Virus record (IMG/VR): IMGVR_UViG_3300045541_000163
DNA from: a virus
Length of the DNA: 64,000 nt
Reading direction: 5' to 3' (one strand)
Made by a program: the position numbers and the translations under genes. Positions 55,085 through 64,000 of the stretch are shown piece by piece. The notes under the pieces are model-generated. The model was given only the letters and a program-made list of their open reading frames with translations. It was not told the origin of the DNA and ran no database searches. The stretch's first letter is position 1. The number at the start of each line of letters is the position of its first letter.

Positions 55085-58000
55085 ATGCCAAAAGCAATTA
55101 GACAAGATAATTTATATGGTGCAGAAGATTGGAGTATAATTTACACCAGTTTCAAGAATGCCGAGTTTGTCAGCTATGACTTTGATACTTTACGAGACAG
55201 CATGTTAAATTACATGCAGGTAAATTATCCTGAAGAATTTAATGATTATACACAGAACAGCGAATTCATAGCATTACTAGACTTGGTAGCTTACGTAGGT
55301 CAAAACCTTGCATTCCGTATGGATCTTAATGCAAGAGAAAATATACTAGACACTGCTGAAAAACGAGAAAGTGTCTTGCGTATTGCCCGTATGCTTAGTT
55401 ATAAGCCCAAGAGAATTCGTGCGGCACAGGGTTTACTAAAAGTTACTAGCGTTCAAACTTCTGAACAAATTCTTGACAGCACAGGTCAAAGTTTGGCCAA
55501 TAAAGTAGTCATGTGGGGCAGCGACCCTAGTGAACTAGAATACGAGCGTTTTATTCGTATTATTAATTCTGCATTCGCAGACAATAATAAGTTTGGCACT
55601 CCGGTTAAGCGCAGCGTCAATACCGATAATGCTAATATTTTTGAAATATACAATTTCAACAACGTCAACTTAATTACTAATTATCCCGTGGGAGTAGCTG
55701 CCGACGGTGCTAACTTAAACTTTGATTTACTACCAGTAGATATCAATACCGACGGCTTTATCGACCAATCAGAACCTGACTTTAATAATGCATTTAGTAT
55801 ATTATATAGAAATGACGGCCGCGGCACCGGCAGCACCAAAACTGGATTCTTCGTATTTGCTAAACAGGGCTTTATTTCCAGCAATGTACAGTATATCAGC
55901 GATCCAGTGGCCAACATTGTTGTCAATTTAGATCAAACTGCTAATGCCACTGAAGATGATTATTTTGTACAGACTGTTGACGAAACTGGTGCAGTGATAA
56001 AGTCTTGGACTCGTGTGCCTAATTTAGACTTTAACAACATTACACTAAATGACTTAACAGGATCAAACAAAGATCTATACGAAGTAATTTACTCAGACAA
56101 CGATGTTACTAGCATTAAATTCGGCGACGGTACTTTCTCTAATGTGCCAACAGGTTTCATTCGTGTTTGGTATCGTAATGCTGAAAATCAATTTATCAAA
56201 GTTAAGCCTCAAGATATCACTAGCGTGGACTTTGAAATTCAGTATGTTAATGCAGATAACCAAACACATACATTATTAATGTCCTTGCAATTACAGGACA
56301 ATATGGTCACTGGTATACCGGCCGAAACAGTAGACGAAATTAAAAACAACGCACCTGAAGCATTCTATAGCAAAAATAGAATGGTAACTGGTGATGACTA
56401 CAATGGTCTACTACCTACTCTAAATAACGATGTATTGATTATGAAAGCTGAAAATAGAACCTTCAGCGGCCATAGTCGTTATGTTGACTTAAAGGATCCA
56501 ACCGGACGCAATCGTCCTTTAATAGAATTTGCCGACGACGGATACTTTTATCGCACAGAATATCAAAGAAATATTTTTATTCCCGACGATCCTGCCAGAC
56601 GAACAGTTGATCTATTGGACGAGTTTATCGAAAACAAATTGAATGACATTGCATTGGTAAATTTTTACTATGGCAAGTTGAATTTATTAGATGCAACAGA
56701 CACAAAATTATTTCCATTAGTCAAACTAGGAAAAACAACTCATAGCACTACATTGTCAGTGGCAATTCCGGCTACTGGACAAATAACGACGATTACTGTA
56801 GCTAATATTGCTATTGCAACTGATCCATATAATGGATTTGATGCAAACGGCGGCCTACTACAAATTGACAACGAATTGTTTACCTATGATTCGGTTACAA
56901 CAGTTGGCGTAACACACACATTTAATTCTGTACGTCGAGCTGCTCAGCGTTCAACCGCAGCAGCTCATTCAGTAGGCACCGGCGTGTTTAAAGTCTTGGA
57001 TTATCGCTGGCGTGTTGCTTACAACGATTTAAATTCTAGTAATGGTTTTATTTCTGAATCAAATGCCAACGAATCTCCAGTGAAAGTAGGCTACACCACC
57101 GCGGGTCCATTGAGAATTGTTCGCCCCGGATCCTTTATTAAATTTGAATACGGACCCGGCGATGAATATCGTTGGGCCGCAGTGTTGGATATTAAAGGCG
57201 ACGGCTTGGGCATACAAGACGAAAATTATGACTACACAGGCTTGCTGGTCAATGGCATGGGCCCTATCGAAATTAATCGAAGCGTCACTGATACTTTAGA
57301 TGTCTTGCCTGAAGAGGACGATCCTACTACATATCGTTTGGCATCAATCATTCCTGCGTTTCCTAGAGTGTTTGATGACACTAGCAGAGTTCAGTTGTTA
57401 GACCTGTTGGAAAACAAACAGTCATTTGCTATTAAGTTTAATAACCTAGAACCCAAGTGGGAAGTTATAACCGATGCAATAGATTTATATTCGGATTTTG
57501 ATACTGCTAGCACAGAAACTAATTGGTTAATGGCATTAGATTATCGCAACAACGAAGGTTATATATTGACTCTTCGCCAATTGGATTATGTATTTGGCAG
57601 CGAAGAATTATTGAGATTCTATAATATTAATTTTGCGGCGTCATTTAATCCAGGTTTTAAGCCACTTAGCGATGATACTATTAAAATTCTAACTTTAAAT
57701 TCCAGCAATAAGTTAGCTGAACAACAAAGTTATAGAATTTCAGGTTACTATGTTTATGATGACGGCTACACAGATTCTAGCAAAGTAAAAGTAACACCAT
57801 TAGATGTGGACAATGACTTTTTGCCAGATGATCCTATGCATTTTATTAATCTGGTCAATTCAGACACTGTAAAATTTGTACATTATGACGAAGGTGATTT
57901 TACCTATCTAGTGCCAGATCAGACCGCTGCCGCCGGGGATGTTGTTCAAACATTATCCGGTACAACAAACTTGGCCTTTAAGTGGCATCACAAGGTCGAC

Positions 58001-58588
58001 ATAGATCAAACATTAGATCCTAGCCTAACTAACATAATTGATGTATACGTATTGACTAAGACTTATAATGATGATTTCCAAATTTGGAAAAAGAAAAATA
58101 ATGCAACGTTAAGCATGCCATTGCCGCCCACAACAGAAGAAATACGCGGCAATTTCAGAGATTTGTTAAGTTATAAGATGATGACTGACGAAGTTATTTT
58201 TCATCCTGTAAAATTCAAGCCTTTGTTTGGTAAACTAGCAGACATTGAATTTCAAGCACAATTAAAAGTAGTAAAAAATCCCAAGAGCAAATTAACCGAC
58301 AACGAAGTTAAGAGTAAAGTTATTGCCGCCATAGACAAATTCTTTACTCCTGGAAACTTTGGTTTCGGGGAAACTTTTTACTTTACCGAACTAGCTGCTT
58401 ATATTCATACTTCATTGAATGTAGATCTAAACAGCGTAGTTCTTGTTCCTATAGGTACCGAAAGCAAGTTTGGAACTTTATTCCAGATTCAGCCTGATAG
58501 AAATGAAATAGTCACTAGCGTGGCAACCGTTAATGACGTAATTGTAATCAATGAAATTACAGATAATAACATTAGGATTGGTAAATGA
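55085..58588 (+). CDS. gp6: Baseplate wedge subunit (T4 gp6-like), enlarged
   Basis: DFDTLRDSM, LVAYVGQNLAF..DL..REN.L.TA..RESV..IA..L.Y, ETVDEIKNNAP...QN-like RMVT..DY motifs. Confidence 0.88.
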   Translation: MPKAIRQDNLYGAEDWSIIYTSFKNAEFVSYDFDTLRDSMLNYMQVNYPEEFNDYTQNSEFIALLDLVAYVGQNLAFRMDLNARENILDTAEKRESVLRIARMLSYKPKRIRAAQGLLKVTSVQTSEQILDSTGQSLANKVVMWGSDPSELEYERFIRIINSAFADNNKFGTPVKRSVNTDNANIFEIYNFNNVNLITNYPVGVAADGANLNFDLLPVDINTDGFIDQSEPDFNNAFSILYRNDGRGTGSTKTGFFVFAKQGFISSNVQYISDPVANIVVNLDQTANATEDDYFVQTVDETGAVIKSWTRVPNLDFNNITLNDLTGSNKDLYEVIYSDNDVTSIKFGDGTFSNVPTGFIRVWYRNAENQFIKVKPQDITSVDFEIQYVNADNQTHTLLMSLQLQDNMVTGIPAETVDEIKNNAPEAFYSKNRMVTGDDYNGLLPTLNNDVLIMKAENRTFSGHSRYVDLKDPTGRNRPLIEFADDGYFYRTEYQRNIFIPDDPARRTVDLLDEFIENKLNDIALVNFYYGKLNLLDATDTKLFPLVKLGKTTHSTTLSVAIPATGQITTITVANIAIATDPYNGFDANGGLLQIDNELFTYDSVTTVGVTHTFNSVRRAAQRSTAAAHSVGTGVFKVLDYRWRVAYNDLNSSNGFISESNANESPVKVGYTTAGPLRIVRPGSFIKFEYGPGDEYRWAAVLDIKGDGLGIQDENYDYTGLLVNGMGPIEINRSVTDTLDVLPEEDDPTTYRLASIIPAFPRVFDDTSRVQLLDLLENKQSFAIKFNNLEPKWEVITDAIDLYSDFDTASTETNWLMALDYRNNEGYILTLRQLDYVFGSEELLRFYNINFAASFNPGFKPLSDDTIKILTLNSSNKLAEQQSYRISGYYVYDDGYTDSSKVKVTPLDVDNDFLPDDPMHFINLVNSDTVKFVHYDEGDFTYLVPDQTAAAGDVVQTLSGTTNLAFKWHHKVDIDQTLDPSLTNIIDVYVLTKTYNDDFQIWKKKNNATLSMPLPPTTEEIRGNFRDLLSYKMMTDEVIFHPVKFKPLFGKLADIEFQAQLKVVKNPKSKLTDNEVKSKVIAAIDKFFTPGNFGFGETFYFTELAAYIHTSLNVDLNSVVLVPIGTESKFGTLFQIQPDRNEIVTSVATVNDVIVINEITDNNIRIGK

Positions 58589-61500
58589 GTCGACTAGGTA
58601 AAAAGCCAGCAGAAAAAATTGCAGCGAAGGTAAAGAATGTAAATTTATTGCCTGCCGTTTTTAATACAGAACCTAACCAAAAAATGTTAGATTCAACGCT
58701 GGACGTTATGACCAGCAAAGGTCAACTATTGCCCTTTGAGGAAACTTACGGTCTCCGCACAGCTACTAATAAAGTTGACGAGTTTTTTAAAGTTGAATCC
58801 GATCAAGTTCGTCGCGAAAGCCAGGGCAACGCTGCCTTAGTATTAGAAAATCAAAATGGCGAATATCTAGACAAAGTCAGTTATCTAGACATCGAGAACT
58901 ATTTTACTATTAAGGGCGCCAGCTTAGTTGATGGTGTATTATTAGATAAAAATATTAACGTGCTAAACTTGCCAATAAGTCCTAGCATGATTACCGACTT
59001 TAATCTCTACTATTGGTTATCGGATAATTTACCTGCATGCCGAATACATTTAAATTCAGCCAAATTTAGTATCGACGATGATCTGGTAGGTCGCCAGTAT
59101 GTAACTGTAAAAGACGACTTAACTCTTAAAGAGCTTCGTTTACAAACAGGCATGGCCTTGTATTTCACAGGCGCAGTTGATGACTTTTATAAAACCACAG
59201 ACTTGTCAAATCCTAAGATCTTCTTAGTTTATAACGTTGGCGAATCAATTCAATTAATAGAAGAATCGTTGTTAGAAAAACGAATCCCCGTAGGATATCT
59301 ACGCAACGTTCCCTATGACGACAATTTTACTAATGACTTATATGATGGCAGTAACTCATTCACTGACATTGAGTATATTGTGCAGGAAAATTTTACCGTC
59401 AACGGTAATAATTGGCAAGTAGCTAACCATTGGTATCATATCAGTGTCATTAGAGCAGTAGCTAAATTCCATGACATTAAAGTAGAGGACATTGCAAAAT
59501 TTGAGCTAAAGGCTCGTCGTCCTATTATTTGTTTTGATCGAGCAGTTAAATTATTCAATTGGCCTGCTCAGGTTACATCTGAAATTAAAACAATTCTGCC
59601 AACCAATAAGAACAAATATCAAAATAAACAATCAGTAACTGATCCCTACGGATATACTTTGCAGGATGGCGACAAGTTAGTATTCGAAGAAGAACCAGGC
59701 ATTTATCAATGCACTGAAACTGCTCTGGGATTACAATTTAATTATGTCGGTCATAGCGCCGAGGATGATGGTGCATTGATTGTTGCAAACAGTACAAAAA
59801 AATATTATCAGGTTGTATTTAAAAACGGCAAATGGAAGTTTGCACAAAATAAAACAGAAAAAAACCAGGCTCCGCGATTTGAGTTCCGTCTCAGTGATGG
59901 CAGAGAATTAAGTGTATTCTCTGAAATTAACTATGAAGGTGGAATTATTTTAGGATTCAAGGATGGCGAAACATTTGATCCTGTTCTACAACGTTATGTT
60001 GACGCCACTGGAATTTTAATCAATGCAGCATCGATTTCTGGAGAGATAAGTCCACATCAATTAAAATTTAGTCTAGACATAGACACTGAATTTTTCTATC
60101 CAGATTCAGTAACTGGAGAGAGAATTTATGTTAAAGGTCCTTACGGCTACAAGTATAATGAAAAAATTATTCCTTTCTATCAGCCACGCTTAGGACTAGA
60201 TTTTACTAGACAAATTCAAGACGTACTAATATCCAAGCCTGATGATGAAACTTGGTCAGCTAATATTAATCCAGTAGTGTCAGGTTTTAATAAGATTCAT
60301 ATTTTTTACGATGACAATAATCAATACAAAATATATTTTGAATTAGAAAAATATGGCCTAGTTAAGTTTTCAAGCAAGCGTTTTAGTAACTTTAAATATC
60401 AAAATGGCGCTTACGATAATGAAAACTGGGACGATGCATCATGGAACCACGACGAAGACAGCCTCGAACAGTTGCTGCCTTTAATCTCTGGCAGCACAGT
60501 ACAAATTATATGTCATCAACTGCCTGAACCTATAACTTTTTATAAAGCAGAAGTAGTCGATAACATTACCAGACCGGTAGCCATTGCCAGCAATTTAATT
60601 TCCAACAACGGCACATCTAATGGCATTATTGAATTAGACTTGTCTGCCAGTGTTCTGTCCGGCGGTAGCTATGTCGACAATCAGCTGTCGGAAACTGATA
60701 CATTTTTATGGTTTACCTTAGGCGGCCAATATAAAACAGCCGTAGTAAAATCAATTGAAAATTGGTATTTCATACAGAATGTTTTCCTAATGGACTATAA
60801 AAAGCCTTTGTATGAAACATACGATTATACCATTAGCGACTTCTCTGAAGATGACGGCACTGTTAGTTACTTTAAGAAAATTACTGAAACTAATAACTTG
60901 TTTAAGAAAACCAAAGCAGGTGACAAGCTTGGTATTAGTTCTATAATTGCCGATCCGACTAGCAGAACAGCTCCGTTAGCATTGACTTCTAACCCATTAA
61001 ATGAAACCTTTGATGATTTGTCATACTATTCGCTGTTTGAACACAATACAAACATAAAGGCAAATTCAGCAAACCATAGAAAATATCTCGATCCTGAGGC
61101 GCTATTATTAAATGCACAATTGGGCGGCGGCACTATCATTAAACATGATGATTCCATGGCCAAAGCAGCTATTACCGCAGTGAATTTGCCCTATGATTTT
61201 ACTGAAATTATTATCAAGCAAGGCAAACACTACGATATGTTTTTAACAAGATTAAAAACAGAATTAACTAATGTAATCAACAATAACAATTATTCACAGT
61301 ATACATCTTTAGAAATTTTAAACCTTGCACTAAAGAACATTTATAATGTTATCGCTAGCGAAACAATGTTCTGGTCTCATAGCAATATGATCGGATGGGG
61401 AGAAGTAGGTACCGATTATGCAGAGAAGTTTGTTACCATTGATTCAACTTTAGTAGTCAATTTACAAGATGCAGAGCTTTCAAATATCAGTCATAGAACT

Positions 61501-64000
61501 GGTAAAGAAACTCTGCTGCACATTACCTACGATAATAAATTATTAACTCGCGGAGTTGATTATTGGTTAATGTCTGTCGATGACAACGAATATTCTTATG
61601 TAAAATTTGCTGCCAGTTACCAAGGCGATACAGTAAGCATTAAACAATGGCCTGGCGATTTCCAGTCTCTTGTTCCTGCTAGCTTGGCAAAAATTGGTTT
61701 ATCGGCAGTTTACCGGCCTGAAATATATCTAGATGGTTCTTTCTACAGTAATTCATATTTCCTAGTAAGGCATGACGGAACAAGATATTATCTACAGAAC
61801 GGTGTTGACAGCAATCAATATCCAGTTGATTTAATTGACCAATATCTCTACGAATATGAAAAAGCCGTTTGGAGCAGCATTGCCAAGGATGTAGAACAAA
61901 ATAATCAAAGAGAATTATTAGAAAACCAACCCGGGTACTTTAGACAGCGTGCCAAGTCTTGGAATTCAATACGAGAGATTGTCAGTAACGAAAGCCGTCG
62001 TTGGCTAGTTGAAAATAACATCTTTAGCATGAATAATACTGTTGCTGATCCCAGCAATGGATTTACATTAAAATACCAACTAGGCACAGGCGATGGAGAT
62101 TTCATACTTGGATCGTGGCGTGCAATTTACAAGTATTTGTATGACACTGATAGACTGCACAGTCATCCATGGGAGATGTTGGGCTACAGTGTCAAACCAG
62201 ACTGGTGGGATGTATTTTATAGCTGGACAGTTGACTGGAAAAGAACTCTATTAGAAACTGCACTACGCACGGGCAATGTCGCTAATCCAAGTCTTGGTAA
62301 TACTAAAGTTTATCTAACTTTACGCAAAGATATTGCCATTGGTGCTATTGTTGACGGCACAGGTAATACCTTGGAAGTAACAGAAACTTATCTGCCAGAT
62401 TTTGATTACCGTGGCGGCGTTATAAGAATTGACGATGAATTGTTTACCTATACTGGCATTGATTCTTCGCTAGGCTATAGCAAATTCTTGGGTGTACAGC
62501 GAGCAATCTATAATACAACAGCAGCCGAACATCGTGCTAACGTCACTGTAAGACAAGTTGGATTTGTAGAATCTAACCCAGCATTCGCTCGTATTATTAA
62601 CATCAACAGCCCCGAATCATTCCCAGTAACTTCAGCAGGCGAATTGATGTCTCCTCTAGACTTACCATGGCTAGACATTGAAGTCCTGGACGCAGACACT
62701 GATTGGTCTGTTGGCGACATCGGCCCTATTGAATATGTGTTTTTAAATACACATCGTGGACTTGCAGCTGAAGTTCAAGGCTTATTCTTAATTTCTCCTG
62801 CTCAGTATGTCAACCTTAACTGGGTTCCTGGTCAAGTTATATACAATTCCTGGAATAATAAGATTGACCGCACTACAGGATACTGGCAGTCGGGTACACT
62901 TGCTCATGACTACCACAGAAAAGTCGTCAACGATCAGACAGTCTACACTGGCGGCATTGAAAGCTTGTTTGCAGAGTTCTGCTTGCTAAACAACAAAGAC
63001 TATATCAGCGAAGTCATTGACAAATTCTATAATCCTCAGGTAAAGAAAGAATTTTTACTTAACGGCTTTACTAATAAAGACAGTGTCAGAATTCAAAGTA
63101 ACAGTCTGAACAATAACCATAGCACATTGTTTGTGCCGGAAAAGAATTACGAAGTTCGTACAGTTAAGCATTATACCGACAGAGAAATATTTTACTCCGG
63201 CGTTAGAATTATTTTCGATGGCAGCGGCTACAGTATCAACGGTTATTCTTCCGAAGCAGGCAAGTTTGCTTATTTCGAGCCAAAAGAAAACTCACCTACT
63301 GTTATACGCACAATTGGGGATGTGAATTTCAAAGAAAAAACATCCTACAATAATGAAGTTAAGTATCTAAGATATGGCACTGCTATTTCCAATAGACAAG
63401 AAATTTATGATTTCTTAATTGGCTACGGCAAATATTTAGAAAGTATCGGTTTTGTTTATGAAGAAGCCGAAGCTGGAGATATCAAGAATTGGCAATTAGT
63501 TGCCAAGCAGTTTATTTTCTGGAGTAATAACAAACTAGCCTCAGGCAGCTTCATTGATCTAAATCCTTCAGCCGATGCAATAATTATTCAGGGCTTCTTA
63601 GGTCAATTAGACAATTTAGAAGGCACAAACGAAAACGTTGGACAGATAGTTAATAGACTAGGACAGCCATTGTTCAGCAAAGACTTGTTAGTAAAGCGAG
63701 AACCCAATTTACTAACGGTCAAAACCAAGGACAAGTCTAACAGTATATATGGTGTTAAGTTAAGCTTCTCTGTCTACGAAACTGTAGTACACTTAGATCC
63801 CGTTAGCGAATTCCAAGACATCTATTTTGATCCGGCACGCTGTGTCAATAAACTTAGTTTTATAGTTGGTGGAAAGAAAAGCCAAGCTTGGGATGGCACA
63901 TACTTTGCACCTGGATATGTGTTTAACGAACAGTCATTGATGCCTAACTTGGAAAGCATGTCCGATCTAGGTCGCAACTTGCTTGACATTGAAAATGTAA
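58585..64000 (+). CDS. Very large baseplate wedge-type protein (gp7-like position), partial; runs off the window end and is not in the ORF track
   Basis: ATGA overlap with the gp6 stop; begins MSRLGKKPAEK...LLPAVFNTEPNQKMLDSTLD. No terminated ORF in this frame appears in the track, so it is inferred open for about 1805 codons. Confidence 0.82.
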   Translation, partial: MSRLGKKPAEKIAAKVKNVNLLPAVFNTEPNQKMLDSTLDVMTSKGQLLPFEETYGLRTATNKVDEFFKVESDQVRRESQGNAALVLENQNGEYLDKVSYLDIENYFTIKGASLVDGVLLDKNINVLNLPISPSMITDFNLYYWLSDNLPACRIHLNSAKFSIDDDLVGRQYVTVKDDLTLKELRLQTGMALYFTGAVDDFYKTTDLSNPKIFLVYNVGESIQLIEESLLEKRIPVGYLRNVPYDDNFTNDLYDGSNSFTDIEYIVQENFTVNGNNWQVANHWYHISVIRAVAKFHDIKVEDIAKFELKARRPIICFDRAVKLFNWPAQVTSEIKTILPTNKNKYQNKQSVTDPYGYTLQDGDKLVFEEEPGIYQCTETALGLQFNYVGHSAEDDGALIVANSTKKYYQVVFKNGKWKFAQNKTEKNQAPRFEFRLSDGRELSVFSEINYEGGIILGFKDGETFDPVLQRYVDATGILINAASISGEISPHQLKFSLDIDTEFFYPDSVTGERIYVKGPYGYKYNEKIIPFYQPRLGLDFTRQIQDVLISKPDDETWSANINPVVSGFNKIHIFYDDNNQYKIYFELEKYGLVKFSSKRFSNFKYQNGAYDNENWDDASWNHDEDSLEQLLPLISGSTVQIICHQLPEPITFYKAEVVDNITRPVAIASNLISNNGTSNGIIELDLSASVLSGGSYVDNQLSETDTFLWFTLGGQYKTAVVKSIENWYFIQNVFLMDYKKPLYETYDYTISDFSEDDGTVSYFKKITETNNLFKKTKAGDKLGISSIIADPTSRTAPLALTSNPLNETFDDLSYYSLFEHNTNIKANSANHRKYLDPEALLLNAQLGGGTIIKHDDSMAKAAITAVNLPYDFTEIIIKQGKHYDMFLTRLKTELTNVINNNNYSQYTSLEILNLALKNIYNVIASETMFWSHSNMIGWGEVGTDYAEKFVTIDSTLVVNLQDAELSNISHRTGKETLLHITYDNKLLTRGVDYWLMSVDDNEYSYVKFAASYQGDTVSIKQWPGDFQSLVPASLAKIGLSAVYRPEIYLDGSFYSNSYFLVRHDGTRYYLQNGVDSNQYPVDLIDQYLYEYEKAVWSSIAKDVEQNNQRELLENQPGYFRQRAKSWNSIREIVSNESRRWLVENNIFSMNNTVADPSNGFTLKYQLGTGDGDFILGSWRAIYKYLYDTDRLHSHPWEMLGYSVKPDWWDVFYSWTVDWKRTLLETALRTGNVANPSLGNTKVYLTLRKDIAIGAIVDGTGNTLEVTETYLPDFDYRGGVIRIDDELFTYTGIDSSLGYSKFLGVQRAIYNTTAAEHRANVTVRQVGFVESNPAFARIININSPESFPVTSAGELMSPLDLPWLDIEVLDADTDWSVGDIGPIEYVFLNTHRGLAAEVQGLFLISPAQYVNLNWVPGQVIYNSWNNKIDRTTGYWQSGTLAHDYHRKVVNDQTVYTGGIESLFAEFCLLNNKDYISEVIDKFYNPQVKKEFLLNGFTNKDSVRIQSNSLNNNHSTLFVPEKNYEVRTVKHYTDREIFYSGVRIIFDGSGYSINGYSSEAGKFAYFEPKENSPTVIRTIGDVNFKEKTSYNNEVKYLRYGTAISNRQEIYDFLIGYGKYLESIGFVYEEAEAGDIKNWQLVAKQFIFWSNNKLASGSFIDLNPSADAIIIQGFLGQLDNLEGTNENVGQIVNRLGQPLFSKDLLVKREPNLLTVKTKDKSNSIYGVKLSFSVYETVVHLDPVSEFQDIYFDPARCVNKLSFIVGGKKSQAWDGTYFAPGYVFNEQSLMPNLESMSDLGRNLLDIENV

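Noticed and set aside
1-64000. Alternative genetic code (stop-codon reassignment)
   Set aside because: Conserved genes are full length in the standard code and end in TAA, TAG and TGA. The only broken ORF (23026-23292) contains all three stops and is explained by frameshifts.
1-64000. tRNA genes
   Set aside because: No cloverleaf with a T-loop (GGTTCRA) and acceptor stem seen in any intergenic gap; tRNAscan-SE would confirm.

Overview
This is a 64-kb segment of a large (jumbo-type) T4-like myovirus genome read in the standard code. It holds the neck, tail-terminator and sheath genes, a ~17-kb cluster of modular Thr/Gly-rich fibre genes (one of 2613 aa with nested tetrapeptide repeats), and the portal-core-protease-scaffold-major capsid operon. 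It also holds a tape-measure-like gene, the baseplate hub/spike/wedge genes, gp46/gp47, a gp55-type late sigma factor, DNA ligase and nucleotide-metabolism genes. The sheath gene runs off the left edge and a >1800-codon wedge-type gene runs off the right edge; both are missing from the ORF track. Late promoters (NNTAAATA) and host sigma70 promoters are readable directly in the sequence. The most unusual elements are non-coding. (1) A ~420-520 nt GC-enriched, multi-helix, apparently doubly pseudoknotted RNA-like region starts at the stop codon of a minimal GIY-YIG nuclease, which follows a histone-H1-like (Hc1-type) gene; this is the best candidate for an undescribed RNA-protein system. (2) A tandem array of three hairpins with an invariant base (AGGGC...CUGACCC) and variable apical stems lies between two fibre genes. 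(3) Many promoters are placed for leaderless mRNAs (box + 5 or 6 nt + ATG) or sit inside terminator/RBS-masking hairpins. Also noted: a doubly frameshifted small ORF, and apparently inactivated muramidase domains beside an intact M23 peptidase in the baseplate hub. No searches or folding programs were run; family assignments rest on motif recognition.
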